Assembly: GCA_963734495.1 (NCBI GenBank)
Contig: CAVTHK010000016.1
Coordinates: 128,001-192,000, forward strand
From: an uncultured Spirochaetota bacterium
Lineage (GTDB): Bacteria; Spirochaetota; Spirochaetia; SZUA-6; CAVTHK01
Reading direction: 5' to 3'
Length of the DNA: 64,000 bases
A program made the translations under genes and the position numbers. Below, piece by piece: positions 43,241-53,483 of the stretch; position 1 is the first letter of the stretch, and every line of letters begins with the position of its first letter. The notes beneath the pieces were generated by a model. That model had not been told where the DNA came from, did not search any database, and was given only the letters and a program-made list of their open reading frames with translations.

Positions 43241-44029
43241 GTGAAACGGGCGGGGGCAGGTGTCCTGTGGGTCCTGGCCGCTGCGGTTGCGGCCCCCCAG
43301 GCGAACGTGATCCAGACGTTCGAGCACGAAGGGGTCGCCCGCGTCTCGATCAAGAGGGCGGGGATCTTCGACGTGAGCGTCAAGGGCACGTCGGGGAAAG
43401 CCGTCCGCGTGGAGGTCCGCAGCGATGACGCCGCGGACAAGGTGCAGGAGACGCGCCAGGGCGACGAGCTCGTGATCGACGCGTACCGGAAGGACCGGGT
43501 GCGCAGCGTCGGCTCGCGGGCGCCGGAGCTCGTGGTGAGAGTGCCCGAGTCCACCGCGCTCTCCATAGAGACGAGCAGCGGCGGCATCGACGTCGAGACG
43601 GTCACAGGCGCGAAGGACCTGAGCAGCTCCAGCGGGAACATCGCGGTGCGCAGCTCGCGGGGCAGGGTGGACGCGCGGTCCTCGACCGGCAACCAGAAGT
43701 ACGACTACGTGGCCGGCGACGTCCGCGGGGAATCGGCCACGGGCGCGATCGAGCTCAGCAACTGCGAGGGGAGCGTGTCCCTGAGGTCGGCCACGGGCAG
43801 GCTGTGGGCGCGCAGCCTCCGCGTATCGGGCGACTCCAGCTTCCGCACCTCGACGGGGCGGATCGAGATCGACTTCGCGAACCCGCTGGATGACTTCACC
43901 TTTTCCCTCCACTCCGTGACCGGGCTGATCGAGGTCGGCGGCGTTGCGGCGCGAGGCAAGGTGGAGAAGGGCAGCGGCCCCCTGCGGATCACGGGCCAGT
44001 CGACGGTGGGCCGGCAGAGCTACGAGTGA
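43241..44029 (+). CDS. DUF4097-like beta-strand repeat protein
   Basis: Repeated (T/S)SSG.I / ATG.I units; signal-like N-terminus. Confidence 0.8.
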   Translation: MKRAGAGVLWVLAAAVAAPQANVIQTFEHEGVARVSIKRAGIFDVSVKGTSGKAVRVEVRSDDAADKVQETRQGDELVIDAYRKDRVRSVGSRAPELVVRVPESTALSIETSSGGIDVETVTGAKDLSSSSGNIAVRSSRGRVDARSSTGNQKYDYVAGDVRGESATGAIELSNCEGSVSLRSATGRLWARSLRVSGDSSFRTSTGRIEIDFANPLDDFTFSLHSVTGLIEVGGVAARGKVEKGSGPLRITGQSTVGRQSYE

Positions 44030-44048
44030 GACCGGGCGACGGCGCGCG

Positions 44049-46100
44049 CTACAGCTTGATGCCGTGCTGGTCGCCCAGCACCCTGATCATCATGAGCTGG
44101 ACGTAGCGGACAAAGAGATCCTTTCGCCGGATCCGGTCGAAGGCCGAATTGGCGGAAAGCTGCTGCGACAGGCTCTTGATCCGCTCGACGTCGGGCGCCT
44201 TCATGGCTGCGCCGTGGCGCAGGATCCCCCTCATGAAGCTGCGGATCATGGAGTCGACGTCTTCCCTGAGGTCGGCGCGCGCCTTGGGCTCGTAGAGGGG
44301 GTTCCACTTCTCCGCCAGCTCGACGAGTGACAGGGCCAGATCCTTGCCGGACCCGGCAAAATGGTCGCGCAGCCGTTCGAGGCTGCGGCGGTAGACCGCG
44401 CCGCGCTGCTTGAGCGTCACAGGCTTGCCCTTAGGGCCGCCTGCGGACGGACCCACCAGCCGCTTGACGGTCGTCCCGCCTTGGTCGCCGCCTTCGGGTG
44501 CCGTCGCCGCGGCCCCCTTCTTCTGCGCCCCGGGCTGCGCGTCCGCCGGGTGCCCGGCGTCTTCCGGCTCAAGGCGGCGGCCGAAGAGCCCCTCGAAGAA
44601 CGTGACGATCGCCCGGAGGAATCCGACTCGCATCCAGACGGGCACCGCCGCGCGCACCCGGGCCAGGAGCTCGCGGCGGTCGAGCTCCATGATCTGCACG
44701 GTCGGCTTGAGCTTTTCCCCGCGCTGATCGAAGCATTTTGCCAGGTCGAGCGCGAAGTCCGGAGCGGGCGGGCTCTCCCTCTGCACGCTGTTCAGCAGCG
44801 CACTGTCCAGCAGGCGCGCGAGGACGGGATGGTCCGCCTGCACGACACGCTGGACCTCGCCGGCGAACGCGGCGTCGCTGCTCATGGCGGGCGTCCTGCG
44901 CCCGGCGCGCAGCGACCGCTCCCAGCTCTCGGAAAGCGCATCGGCCGTCGCCTCGGCCGCGCGGGGGATCATCCGCAGCACCACCGGGATGAGCCGGTCG
45001 CGGTGCACGAAGTACTCCGAGCCTTCGCCCGCCTTGACCCGGATGAGCTCGGGCACGGCCTTGCCCGCCGGAGGCCGCATCTTCTCCTTGATGAAGTCGC
45101 GGAACGCGTCCTGGCTGCCCTTCGTGAGGAGCGGCGTTCCGCCGGGGTCCTTGAGACCGAGAAGGTCCTTGAGGGTATAGATGAAGGGTTCCTTGCCGAA
45201 CTGGGCCTCGACGGCCTTGAGCGCGGCTCTCGTCTCGTTCTGCCTGCTCTGGCCCGCCGTGCGCATCGCGACCGCGTAGGCGTTGACGATGTGAGCCGCC
45301 TGCTGGAATCCGCCCTCCAACGTTTCCTCGACGCCCTGCTTTTTCTCCTGGGCGATGACGTGCGTGAGTTGCGCCCAGAAACGGAAGTGGACATCCGAGG
45401 CGTCCTCGATCGTCTGGCGCGCGGTGCCGACCCGCATGGCTATGTTGTTGATCATATCGCTGACCAGGGTCTGGTTGCCCCGGTAGGCCGGCGCGAGCCT
45501 GCTCTGGACATAGGCGGCGTTGTTCGCGAGCCCGAGGTGGCATTTGAGCTTGGCGAGCGCGAGGTCCAGGAGCTGACCGTGGATCATTTCCGAAGGCGCC
45601 ACGATGCTGCGGAGGCTCTCGGGAAACAACAGGCGCACCAGCGGCGCCGCGGGCTCGCCCCCCTGCAGGAGCGCGGTCAGCTCGGTGCCCACGTTCGCGG
45701 TCGTGACGAGCTCGTTGGGGATCGACAGCCCGAGCTCCGCTTCGCTGGGGAAGGGGGCCTCTGGCGATTCCTCGGCTTTGCGGTACGCCTCGCGCACCGT
45801 CTCGACGTAGTAGAGGGGATAGTCGATGCGCTCCACGACGCCGTCGGCGAAGCTCAGGCGGCACTGGCCTGAGCGGGCCAGCTCGGCGAGGGTGACGGCG
45901 AGGGCGGCGCGCACGTCGGGGAGGAACGCGTCGAGCTGCCGGTACTGGCCGCGATAGCGCTCCACGTAGCGTTCGGCGTACTCGGCGAACGCGGGGAACC
46001 CCACTTCGGGTGCCTTCTGCTTGCGGGTAAAGGCTTTCAGAATCGTGACGGTGCTCTGGCGCAGGTACGTCGCCTGGTCCGACGAGGCCTTGGCGTCCAT
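44049..46100 (-). CDS. conserved hypothetical protein (683 aa)
   Basis: Long ORF with normal codon usage; no recognised catalytic motif. Confidence 0.8.
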   Translation of the reverse strand: MDAKASSDQATYLRQSTVTILKAFTRKQKAPEVGFPAFAEYAERYVERYRGQYRQLDAFLPDVRAALAVTLAELARSGQCRLSFADGVVERIDYPLYYVETVREAYRKAEESPEAPFPSEAELGLSIPNELVTTANVGTELTALLQGGEPAAPLVRLLFPESLRSIVAPSEMIHGQLLDLALAKLKCHLGLANNAAYVQSRLAPAYRGNQTLVSDMINNIAMRVGTARQTIEDASDVHFRFWAQLTHVIAQEKKQGVEETLEGGFQQAAHIVNAYAVAMRTAGQSRQNETRAALKAVEAQFGKEPFIYTLKDLLGLKDPGGTPLLTKGSQDAFRDFIKEKMRPPAGKAVPELIRVKAGEGSEYFVHRDRLIPVVLRMIPRAAEATADALSESWERSLRAGRRTPAMSSDAAFAGEVQRVVQADHPVLARLLDSALLNSVQRESPPAPDFALDLAKCFDQRGEKLKPTVQIMELDRRELLARVRAAVPVWMRVGFLRAIVTFFEGLFGRRLEPEDAGHPADAQPGAQKKGAAATAPEGGDQGGTTVKRLVGPSAGGPKGKPVTLKQRGAVYRRSLERLRDHFAGSGKDLALSLVELAEKWNPLYEPKARADLREDVDSMIRSFMRGILRHGAAMKAPDVERIKSLSQQLSANSAFDRIRRKDLFVRYVQLMMIRVLGDQHGIKL

Positions 46101-46206
46101 TCCGCGGCTCAGGATATCGGCAACGGAGGCATTTGTCTACTTTGGATTCCGGCCGGCGCCGGCTCGGCCCGGCGTGATCTCCGCTTCCGCGCCGGGCGAA
46201 GGCGCG

Positions 46207-46572
46207 TCAGGAGACCTCGGCCCCGTCCGCCGGGGGCTCGCCCTTTACCTTGTAGCGGCCCCGGTTGATGTAGAAGATGTAATCGTAGTCGCTCTTCTTC
46301 TCTTCCTCGAGGACGATCCGCGCGATCGTTCCCAGGGTGCCCCAGTTGACCTGGTGCAGCCCTTTCCTGCGAAGGAACTTGTCGAGGGCGGCGCCCGAGA
46401 GCTCCAACCAGCGGTCGTTGCCCACCGCATCCGTGCCGGCGTTGACCTCGATGATCAGCTCCTTGTTCCACTCGCCCGTGTGGATCTGCGTGCGGACCTT
46501 GACGATCCGGATGGCATCATCCCGGTGGATAACCGCCGGCTCCTCGGACTTGGGCTGGACGAAGTGCGCCAT
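46207..46572 (-). CDS. hypothetical protein
   Basis: Coding-like composition (DYDYIFYINRGRY); follows clpA on the same strand. Confidence 0.7.
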   Translation of the reverse strand: MAHFVQPKSEEPAVIHRDDAIRIVKVRTQIHTGEWNKELIIEVNAGTDAVGNDRWLELSGAALDKFLRRKGLHQVNWGTLGTIARIVLEEEKKSDYDYIFYINRGRYKVKGEPPADGAEVS

Positions 46573-46620
46573 TCTGCCCCCTGATCTGGCTTTCAGCATA
46601 GCGGCCGATCGCGACCTCCG

Positions 46621-48948
46621 TCAAGGGCGCTGTGCCGGAGCCTCCGGCTGCGCCGGGGTGCCCGGCGGCAGGGGTTCGGTGCGGATGACCACCTGGTCGC
46701 CTTCGAGGTCGACGATGGCCTTTCCTCCGCCGGCGAGCGTGCCGAAGAGGACCGCGTCCACGAAGAACCCCTTGACCTTGTCCTGGACGAGGCGGGCGAC
46801 GTTGCGCGCCCCGAACTCCTCGCTGTAGCCCTTTTCGGCAAGGTGCGTGCGGCACGCCTCGGTGACTTCGAGGACGACGTTCTTCTCCTTGAGCTGCGCC
46901 GCGAACAGCCGCATCTCCTTGTCGACGATCTGCAGCATGATCCTTTCGTCGAGGCGGTTGAACGTCACGACCTTGTCCAGCCGGTTGCGGAACTCGGGCG
47001 CGAAGATGCGCTGCACGGCCTCGTCGATGGCCTCGCGGTTCTTGTTGCGCTCGCCGAAGCCGATCGAAGACTTGCCGAGCTCCCGTGCGCCGGCGTTCGA
47101 GGTCATGATGATGATCACGTTGCGGAAGTCCGCCTTGCGCCCCTGGTTGTCGGTCAGCGTGGCGTAGTCCATGACCTGCAGGAGCACATTGAAGACGTCC
47201 TGGTGCGCCTTCTCGATCTCGTCGAGCAGCAGCACCGCGTGCGGCGTCTTGCGGATCGCGTCCGTGAGCAGGCCTCCCTCCTCGTAGCCGACGTATCCCG
47301 GAGGCGCCCCGACGAGACGGGCCACCGTGTGCCGCTCCTGGTACTCGCTCATGTCGTAGCGGTGGAGGGCGATGCCGAGCGTGTCGGCGAGCTGGCGGCA
47401 GAGCTCGGTCTTCCCGACACCCGTCGGCCCGACGAACAGCATGGAGGCGACCGGCTTGTCGGGCGAGCGGAAGCCGGCCCGCGATCGCTTGATGGCCGAC
47501 GCCACCGCATCGACCGCCTCGTCCTGGCCGAAGATGTTGGCCTTGAGCTGGACCTCGAGGTTCTTGAGCCTGTCCGCCTCCGTGAGCGAAACGGTCTTGA
47601 CCGGGATCTTCGCGATCTTGGAGACGACCTCCTCGATCTCCTGGAGGGACAGGGTCGGGTCCAGCCGCGGCCCGTTCTTGAACGTGAGGATCCGGTTGTA
47701 GGCTCCGGCCTCGTCGATCACGTCGATCGCCTTGTCCGGGAGATGGCGGTCGTTGATGTACTCGTGCGAGAGGTTCACCGCCGCGTGCAGCGCGTCGTCG
47801 GTGTACTTGACCTGGTGGAACTTCTCGTACCGGTCCCGCAGCCCCTGCAGGATCAGGAACGTCTCGTCGGGCGTCGTCTCCGGCACCTCGATCTTCTGGA
47901 ATCGGCGCGAGAGCGCCCGGTCCTTGTCGAAGTGCTTCTTGAACTCGTCGTACGTCGTCGAGCCCATGCACCGGAGCTTCCCGGTCGCGATGGCGGGCTT
48001 GAGCAGGTTGGAGGCGTCGAGCGTTCCCCCCGAGGCGGCCCCGGCGCCGACGACCGTGTGGATCTCGTCGATAAAGAGGATCACCTTCTGCTTCTGCTCG
48101 AGCTCCTTGAGCACCATCTTCATGCGCTCTTCGAAGTCGCCGCGGAAGCGGGTGCCGGCGAGCACGCTCCCCATATCGAGGCCGTAGATGCTGTAGCCGC
48201 GCAGGAGGTCGGGCACCTTGTCCTCCGCGATGCGGGCGGCCAGCCCTTCGGCGATCGCCGTCTTGCCGACCCCCGGGTCGCCGACCAGGACCGGGTTGTT
48301 CTTGATCCTGCGGCAGAGGACCTGCACGGTGCGCTCCACGATGTCGTCGCGGCCGATCAGCGGTTCGAGCTCGCCCTTGCGCGCGGCCTCGGTGAGGTCG
48401 CGCGTAAAGGTCGCGAGCGCGCTGCGGCGGGCCTTCCTGGGGCCCGGCTGCTCCTCGCCCTCCGCGCCGCCCTCCTCGCTCGCCTCGCCCTCCCCGTCGT
48501 CGCCGCCGGCGGGCGCCTCGTCACCGAGGTCGATCCCGTGAGAGATGACGCGCAGGAGGTTGTAGCGCGAGAGGCCCGCCTTGCGCAGGTAGTAGGAGCC
48601 GAAGGACTTCTCCTCGTCGAAGATGGAGACCAGGACGTCGCTCAGCTCGACGGATTCCTTGGCCGCCGCTTCGGTGTGGAAGACCGCCCGCTGGATGACC
48701 TGCTGGAACCCGAGGGACTGGGTCGGCTCGGACTTTTCGACCACGGGCACCCGTTTCGCCAGGTGCTCCTCGAGCCCTTCCTTGATCTCCTCGGGGTCGA
48801 TCCCGCACCTGCGGAGTATCTCCTGCGGCTCGTCGAAGAACAGAGCCGCGTAGAGCACGTGCTCCGGCGTCAGGTACTCGTGCCTGCGCTCCTTGGCGTC
48901 CATGTAGGCTGCCTTGAGCACGCCCTGGACTTCGTCGCTGACCTTCAT
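46621..48948 (-). CDS. clpA: ATP-dependent Clp protease ATP-binding subunit ClpA
   Basis: N-domain HEYLTPEH, Walker A GDPGVGKT and GPTGVGKT, no M-domain, adjacent clpS. Confidence 0.97.
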   Translation of the reverse strand: MKVSDEVQGVLKAAYMDAKERRHEYLTPEHVLYAALFFDEPQEILRRCGIDPEEIKEGLEEHLAKRVPVVEKSEPTQSLGFQQVIQRAVFHTEAAAKESVELSDVLVSIFDEEKSFGSYYLRKAGLSRYNLLRVISHGIDLGDEAPAGGDDGEGEASEEGGAEGEEQPGPRKARRSALATFTRDLTEAARKGELEPLIGRDDIVERTVQVLCRRIKNNPVLVGDPGVGKTAIAEGLAARIAEDKVPDLLRGYSIYGLDMGSVLAGTRFRGDFEERMKMVLKELEQKQKVILFIDEIHTVVGAGAASGGTLDASNLLKPAIATGKLRCMGSTTYDEFKKHFDKDRALSRRFQKIEVPETTPDETFLILQGLRDRYEKFHQVKYTDDALHAAVNLSHEYINDRHLPDKAIDVIDEAGAYNRILTFKNGPRLDPTLSLQEIEEVVSKIAKIPVKTVSLTEADRLKNLEVQLKANIFGQDEAVDAVASAIKRSRAGFRSPDKPVASMLFVGPTGVGKTELCRQLADTLGIALHRYDMSEYQERHTVARLVGAPPGYVGYEEGGLLTDAIRKTPHAVLLLDEIEKAHQDVFNVLLQVMDYATLTDNQGRKADFRNVIIIMTSNAGARELGKSSIGFGERNKNREAIDEAVQRIFAPEFRNRLDKVVTFNRLDERIMLQIVDKEMRLFAAQLKEKNVVLEVTEACRTHLAEKGYSEEFGARNVARLVQDKVKGFFVDAVLFGTLAGGGKAIVDLEGDQVVIRTEPLPPGTPAQPEAPAQRP

Positions 48949-48975
48949 CGGACCTCCGTGCGCCTCATTGCGGCG

Positions 48976-49287
48976 TCACGCTTCCTCGACGGTGCACCGG
49001 AGCGGGAACTCCTGCTCCCGCGCCATCTCGTGCACTCTGTTCGCCTTGGTCTGTGCCACATCCCAAGTATACACGCCCACGACCCCGCGCCCAGTCCGGT
49101 GGACGAGGAGCATGATCCGGGTCGCCTCGATGGGGGGCTTGTGAAACACCACCCGAAGGACGTGGACCACGAAATCCTTGGTGGTGAAGTCGTCGTTGTG
49201 GAGCACGACCTTGTACATGGTCGGCTCCTTGAGCTTTTCCTTATGACGCTCGAGAATCTCGCTGTCGGGTCGATCCTGCCCTTGCAC
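48976..49287 (-). CDS. clpS: Clp protease adaptor ClpS
   Basis: YKVVLHNDDFTT..FV..VL, VH..G.GV.G, FPLRCTVE; GTG start after GGAGG. Confidence 0.95.
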   Translation of the reverse strand: MQGQDRPDSEILERHKEKLKEPTMYKVVLHNDDFTTKDFVVHVLRVVFHKPPIEATRIMLLVHRTGRGVVGVYTWDVAQTKANRVHEMAREQEFPLRCTVEEA

Positions 49288-49343
49288 GGGGCCCCCCTCC
49301 GGTCCCCCATAATAGTAAGGAAAACCACGCCGGCCTGACAAGG

Positions 49344-49549
49344 GACAGGCGCCCTGGTCCCGACCGGAGGTCGGGAAGGTCCCGGGGGTGGCGCCGCCAG
49401 GCGCCCTGGTCACTCCGTCGCTACGCTCCGGACCTTCGGGGCGTACTCGCCGGAGATGGCGAAGGCGCCACCCAAGCGACAGGCGCCCTGGTCCCGACCG
49501 AAGGTCGGGACCGTCCCGGGGGTCCGGAGGCTCCGAGCGGAGCGAGGAG
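49344..49549. repeat. composite palindromic (REP/BIME-like) element
   Basis: 46-nt direct repeats at 49344-49389 and 49478-49523, each with a TCCCGACC/GGTCGGGA hairpin; third CAGGCGCCCTGGTC copy near 49398; internal inverted repeats. Confidence 0.75.
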
Positions 49550-49590
49550 GTGCGCCGCCCCAGGCGCACGGCCGGTCGGGCCGGCGAAAG

Positions 49591-50538
49591 CTATCTCAGC
49601 GCGTCCAGGCGCCGCGTCACGGCCGGCGATGCCCGCAGCATGGCATCGTGCAGGCGCCGGTGCAGGTCGAGGAACGGTTCCCCCTTGATCTCGACGATCG
49701 CGCGGTAAGCGTCACGGTCGTTCGAAAGCTCGCGCTCCATCTGCGAGGCCGCGAACTTGCGGAAGTAGTCCTCGACGCCGGCCTCTTTCTGGTGGAGAGT
49801 CCAGGCTTGGAACTCGTTGATCAGGAGGTAGTTGTCCTCGACGTTGTACTCCTGCCACGCGAGGAAGAGCCTGTAGAACCGCCGCAGCTCGGGTGTGAGC
49901 GATGCCCAGATGTCGCGGCACGCGGCCGCATACCCGCGCTCGAGGTAGAAGACCGCGTGACTCACCTCGTGGTAGATGTGCAGCCGCCGCAGCGCGGGCC
50001 CCGACTCCCGCGAGATCGAGAGGATCCCGCCGGGCGCGGGCTCATAGCGGTCGACGCGCCGCCGCAGCGCGCCATTGGATTCCAGGACCGCGATCAGCTG
50101 CTCCTCCTCGGGGAGGAGCGGGACCCCCCTCTCCTCCGCGAGCGTAAAGAACCGGGCCAGGTCCTCGTTGTAGTAGTTGTGCGCAAAATACCCGTGCAGG
50201 CCGGCGATCGCCTCGTAATCCTCTATGCGGCCGACATGGCCGGCCTTCTCCACGAAGAACGCCAGCCTGTGGAAAATGCGCTCCTGCGCCTCGTAGCTTT
50301 TCGTGTCCAGGAGGATGAACCCTGGAATGGCATCCCAGCGGTAGACTTCGAAGTCCGTTCGTCGCCATCCGCCGTCCTTGCCCGCGGCGAGCGCGCCCGG
50401 GTCGATCGGCCGCGCGACGAGCGAGCGATCGACGCTCTGTGCAGCGGAGGGGAGCGCGGCGATTGCGAGCGCCGCGGCCGCGAGAGCGCGCAGCAACCGG
50501 CCGCGAGGGCGCGGCCCGGCCGGTCTCGAGGCGGTCAC
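49591..50538 (-). CDS. secreted hypothetical protein with a HEXXH motif
   Basis: Signal peptide; HEVSH followed by a downstream NEFQA glutamate. Confidence 0.75.
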   Translation of the reverse strand: MTASRPAGPRPRGRLLRALAAAALAIAALPSAAQSVDRSLVARPIDPGALAAGKDGGWRRTDFEVYRWDAIPGFILLDTKSYEAQERIFHRLAFFVEKAGHVGRIEDYEAIAGLHGYFAHNYYNEDLARFFTLAEERGVPLLPEEEQLIAVLESNGALRRRVDRYEPAPGGILSISRESGPALRRLHIYHEVSHAVFYLERGYAAACRDIWASLTPELRRFYRLFLAWQEYNVEDNYLLINEFQAWTLHQKEAGVEDYFRKFAASQMERELSNDRDAYRAIVEIKGEPFLDLHRRLHDAMLRASPAVTRRLDALR

Positions 50539-50543
50539 CGCGG

Positions 50544-51152
50544 CTACATCGCCTTCTTGTAGTTCGCTTCTACCTGTGTCCAGTTGATGATGTTCCAGAA
50601 CGCCGCAATATATTCGGGCCTGCGGTTCTGGTACTTAAGGTAGTACGCATGCTCCCAGACGTCCAGCCCCAGGATGGGCACCATGCCTTCCATCAGCGGA
50701 TTGTCCTGGTTGGGCGTGCTCGAGACTACGAGCTTCCTGGACTTGTCGAGGCTCAGCCAGGCCCAGCCGCTCCCGAAGCGGTTGGCCGCGGCGTCGGAAA
50801 ACTGGGTCTTGAACGCGTCGAAGCTCCCGAACGCCTTGTTGAGCGCGTCGGCTACCGCGCCCGCCGGCTTGCCGCCGTGGGCGGAGAGCAGCGGCCAGAA
50901 CAGGCTGTGGTTGTAGTGACCGCCCCCATTGTTCCGCACCGCGGTGCGGATCTCGGAAGGCACGGCGTCGAGGTTGCGGAGCAGGTCCTCGATGCTCTTC
51001 GAAGCGACGCCGGCTTTGCCCTCCAGAGCCTGGTTGAGCTTCGTCACGTAGGTCCCGTGATGCTTGTCATGGTGTATTTCCATGGTTTTCGCGTCGATAT
51101 ACGGCTCGAGCGCGTCGAACTTATACGGAAGGTCGGGAACCGTGAAGGCCAT
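50544..51152 (-). CDS. sodA: superoxide dismutase (Mn-type signature)
   Basis: [28 protein letters not shown]. Confidence 0.96.
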   Translation of the reverse strand: MAFTVPDLPYKFDALEPYIDAKTMEIHHDKHHGTYVTKLNQALEGKAGVASKSIEDLLRNLDAVPSEIRTAVRNNGGGHYNHSLFWPLLSAHGGKPAGAVADALNKAFGSFDAFKTQFSDAAANRFGSGWAWLSLDKSRKLVVSSTPNQDNPLMEGMVPILGLDVWEHAYYLKYQNRRPEYIAAFWNIINWTQVEANYKKAM

Positions 51153-51346
51153 CTTGCGACTCCTTGGTCCATCGGACTTAGGCGACCGCCGTTCGCCGGC
51201 GCGAAGTTGATCGCCACAGTCAAGATAACAACCACCGCACGCGCAGGCAAAGCGAACCAGCGGGCCGACGCCCGGAGAGGCGCTGTGCGCAAGCCGGACG
51301 CAGCCTCTTGCCAGATGGGGCTCCAGAGACGAGATTGAAGGAGACC

Positions 51347-52300
51347 ATGTGGGTCTTCAACGGCGAGGCAGTCCAGCAGTTCCTGGGAAGGGTCGCCGAG
51401 GGCTTCCAGCACGGGCCGCTCGAGCTCGCCGAATTCGCGGCGATGTTCCTCGTGCTGCTGGGCGTCCCGCTGCTGCTGGGGGTGGTCACGACGCGGCGCA
51501 GCCGCGCGCGGGCGCGGTCCGCGGCGATGGCGCGCTTCCAGGAGGCCGCCGCGGCCGCAGGGCTCGTGCCCGAGGAGCTGGAGGCGCTGATCGCCATGGC
51601 GCGGCGCTTCTCGCCCGACCCGCTGCGGTGGCCGGCCGTGCTCACGCGCGCGGCCGCCTTTAACGCCGCGGCCGCTCGGGGCGGGCTCGATGCGGCGATG
51701 CTCGCCCGACTCCGGTGGAAGCTGCGGCTGATCGAGCGGGGGCCGCGTGCGCGGCTGCATTCGACCGTCGAGCTGGAGCCGGACGAAGTCCTGCTCGTGA
51801 CGGCCGGCGATGCCGCCGTGGCGGGTCGGGTGACTTCAGTAAGCGCAGAGCGCTTCGAGCTGCACGTCGGCCGGCCGGTACCGGCCGGCACCGTCAAGGT
51901 GCGCGCGACCCGCGACTCGGGCATCTACGACGTCGAGGTGCCGGTGCTCTCCAGCGAGGGAGGCATCCTGCGCCTCGGCCACGGGGAAATCGCCTCCCGC
52001 GTGCAGAACCGCCGTTTCCTGCGCCGCACCGTCCGCGGCGCCGCGCTCGTGACCACCGCTTCGGGGGCGGAGGTCAGGGTGCGGCTCGTCGATCTCAGCG
52101 GCGGCGGCGCCCGGGTGCGCGGGCCTGCGGCCGGGGTCCTGGTGGGCGACGCGGTGACTCTGCGGTTCGCCCGGCCCGGGGGATCGACCTCGACGATCGC
52201 GTCGAGGGTGGTGCGCGTCGCCGGCGACGGGTTCAGTCTTGCCTTCGAGGACGTCCCGGGCCCTGTGCGCGAAGAGCTGATCCGGCTCCTCGGCCGCTAA
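51347..52300 (+). CDS. membrane-anchored PilZ-domain (YcgR/flagellar-brake-like) protein
   Basis: N-terminal TM segment; QNRRFLR and DLSGGG c-di-GMP-binding motifs. Confidence 0.85.
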   Translation: MWVFNGEAVQQFLGRVAEGFQHGPLELAEFAAMFLVLLGVPLLLGVVTTRRSRARARSAAMARFQEAAAAAGLVPEELEALIAMARRFSPDPLRWPAVLTRAAAFNAAAARGGLDAAMLARLRWKLRLIERGPRARLHSTVELEPDEVLLVTAGDAAVAGRVTSVSAERFELHVGRPVPAGTVKVRATRDSGIYDVEVPVLSSEGGILRLGHGEIASRVQNRRFLRRTVRGAALVTTASGAEVRVRLVDLSGGGARVRGPAAGVLVGDAVTLRFARPGGSTSTIASRVVRVAGDGFSLAFEDVPGPVREELIRLLGR

Positions 52301-52890
52301 GGCTGCGCGTCGAACCACGCCGGCGTGGCCTGTGCCACGAAATCCAGCCACGCGTTCCGCTCGGCCGCCGACCGCTCGCGCAAGCCGTACAGCATGTGGA
52401 CGCGGCTCGCGGCGAGGTCGCAGTAGCCGAACACCGACTCGCGCCAGAAGATCTCCAGCGGGGCGCGGCCTTCAGTTTCTCCCTCTCTCGCTTCGGTCGT
52501 CGCGAAGACCAGGGCCCGCTTCGCGGCGAGGAGCCCGCGCTTGCGCTTGACGCCGGGCTCCTCGCCCTCGAACTCGTAGGCCAGGCCAGGGCGGAAGACC
52601 CGGTCGATCCAGCCCTTGAGCACGGCGGGAGGAGCGCCCCACCACTCGGGGTGCACGAACAGCAGCCCGCCGCACGACTCCAGCTCGTTGCCGTGGGCCT
52701 GCACCTGTGCGTCGAAGCTGTAGCCCCTGCGCAGCTCGCTGGCGCTGAGCACGGGGTCGAAGCGCTCCGCGTACAGGTCGTGGAAGCGCACGGCGTGGCC
52801 TGCCGCACGCAGGGCGTCGCAGGCGCGCCGCGCGACGGCGGCGTTGAAGCTGTCCCGCTCGGGATGGCAAAGCACGACAAGAGCTTCCAC
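52297..52890 (-). CDS. NAD(P)H-dependent quinone oxidoreductase (flavodoxin_2 fold)
   Basis: HPERDSFN, DLYAERFDP, PEWWGAPPAVLKGWIDRV. Confidence 0.92.
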   Translation of the reverse strand: MEALVVLCHPERDSFNAAVARRACDALRAAGHAVRFHDLYAERFDPVLSASELRRGYSFDAQVQAHGNELESCGGLLFVHPEWWGAPPAVLKGWIDRVFRPGLAYEFEGEEPGVKRKRGLLAAKRALVFATTEAREGETEGRAPLEIFWRESVFGYCDLAASRVHMLYGLRERSAAERNAWLDFVAQATPAWFDAQP

Positions 52891-52954
52891 GGCAAGCCAA
52901 TATAGCATCGTGCGGCGGGGCCGCGCCAAAGTCGTCCACGGGCTGCCGCACCGT

Positions 52955-53013
52955 TTGACGCAGGCGCCTTCACATGTTATTTTGTTCTAACTCGGACCAA
53001 AATGGTCCGAGTT
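52955..53013 (+). promoter_or_regulatory. suf operon promoter and Rrf2 operator
   Basis: TTGACG-N17-TATTTT with extended TG; perfect palindrome AACTCGGACCA-AAA-TGGTCCGAGTT at 52989-53013. Confidence 0.8.
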
Positions 53014-53048
53014 GAGGCCTGCCGAGTCGGGCAGGCCGTGAGGGGCGG

Positions 53049-53480
53049 ATGTTCCGGATCAACAAGGACATCGAGTACGGGCTGCTCGCTCTTCGGGCGA
53101 TGGACCAGGATCGCAGGGTGTTTTCCGCGCGCGAGCTGGCCGACAGGCTGGCGGTCCCCCCGGGGATTCTTTCGAAAATCCTGCAGAAGCTTTCGCACGC
53201 CGGGATTCTGGTGTCGGTCCAGGGGCAGAAGGGCGGCTACAGGCTGGAGCGCTCAGGCGACGAGATCACCATAGGGAGCGTGATCGACGCGGTGCACGGG
53301 CACGAGCGAATCGTCGCCTGCATGGAGGAGCCCGGCACCTGCGACCAGCTCGACACGTGCACCATCCGGCACAGCTTCGAGAGCGTTCAGGGGATGTGGC
53401 TCGAGTTCCTGAACTCGCTCACCCTGAGGCGCTTCGCGGAGATCGAAGGCAGGCGGCAGCCCGCCGGAGCGGAGACGTGA
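53049..53480 (+). CDS. Rrf2 family Fe-S cluster regulator
   Basis: LSKILQKL..GIL.S.QG.KGGYRL; C-x6-C-x5-C cluster ligands. Confidence 0.93.
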   Translation: MFRINKDIEYGLLALRAMDQDRRVFSARELADRLAVPPGILSKILQKLSHAGILVSVQGQKGGYRLERSGDEITIGSVIDAVHGHERIVACMEEPGTCDQLDTCTIRHSFESVQGMWLEFLNSLTLRRFAEIEGRRQPAGAET

Positions 53481-53483
53481 GCC

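Noticed and set aside
46843..49338. Long antisense or alternative-frame ORFs (also 29012..31852, 4263..6299 and others)
   Set aside because: Shadow ORFs expected in high-GC coding DNA; they overlap well-supported genes and show no domain motifs.
49344..49523. CRISPR array
   Set aside because: Two repeats with an 88-nt structured spacer that contains a partial repeat; no leader or cas genes.
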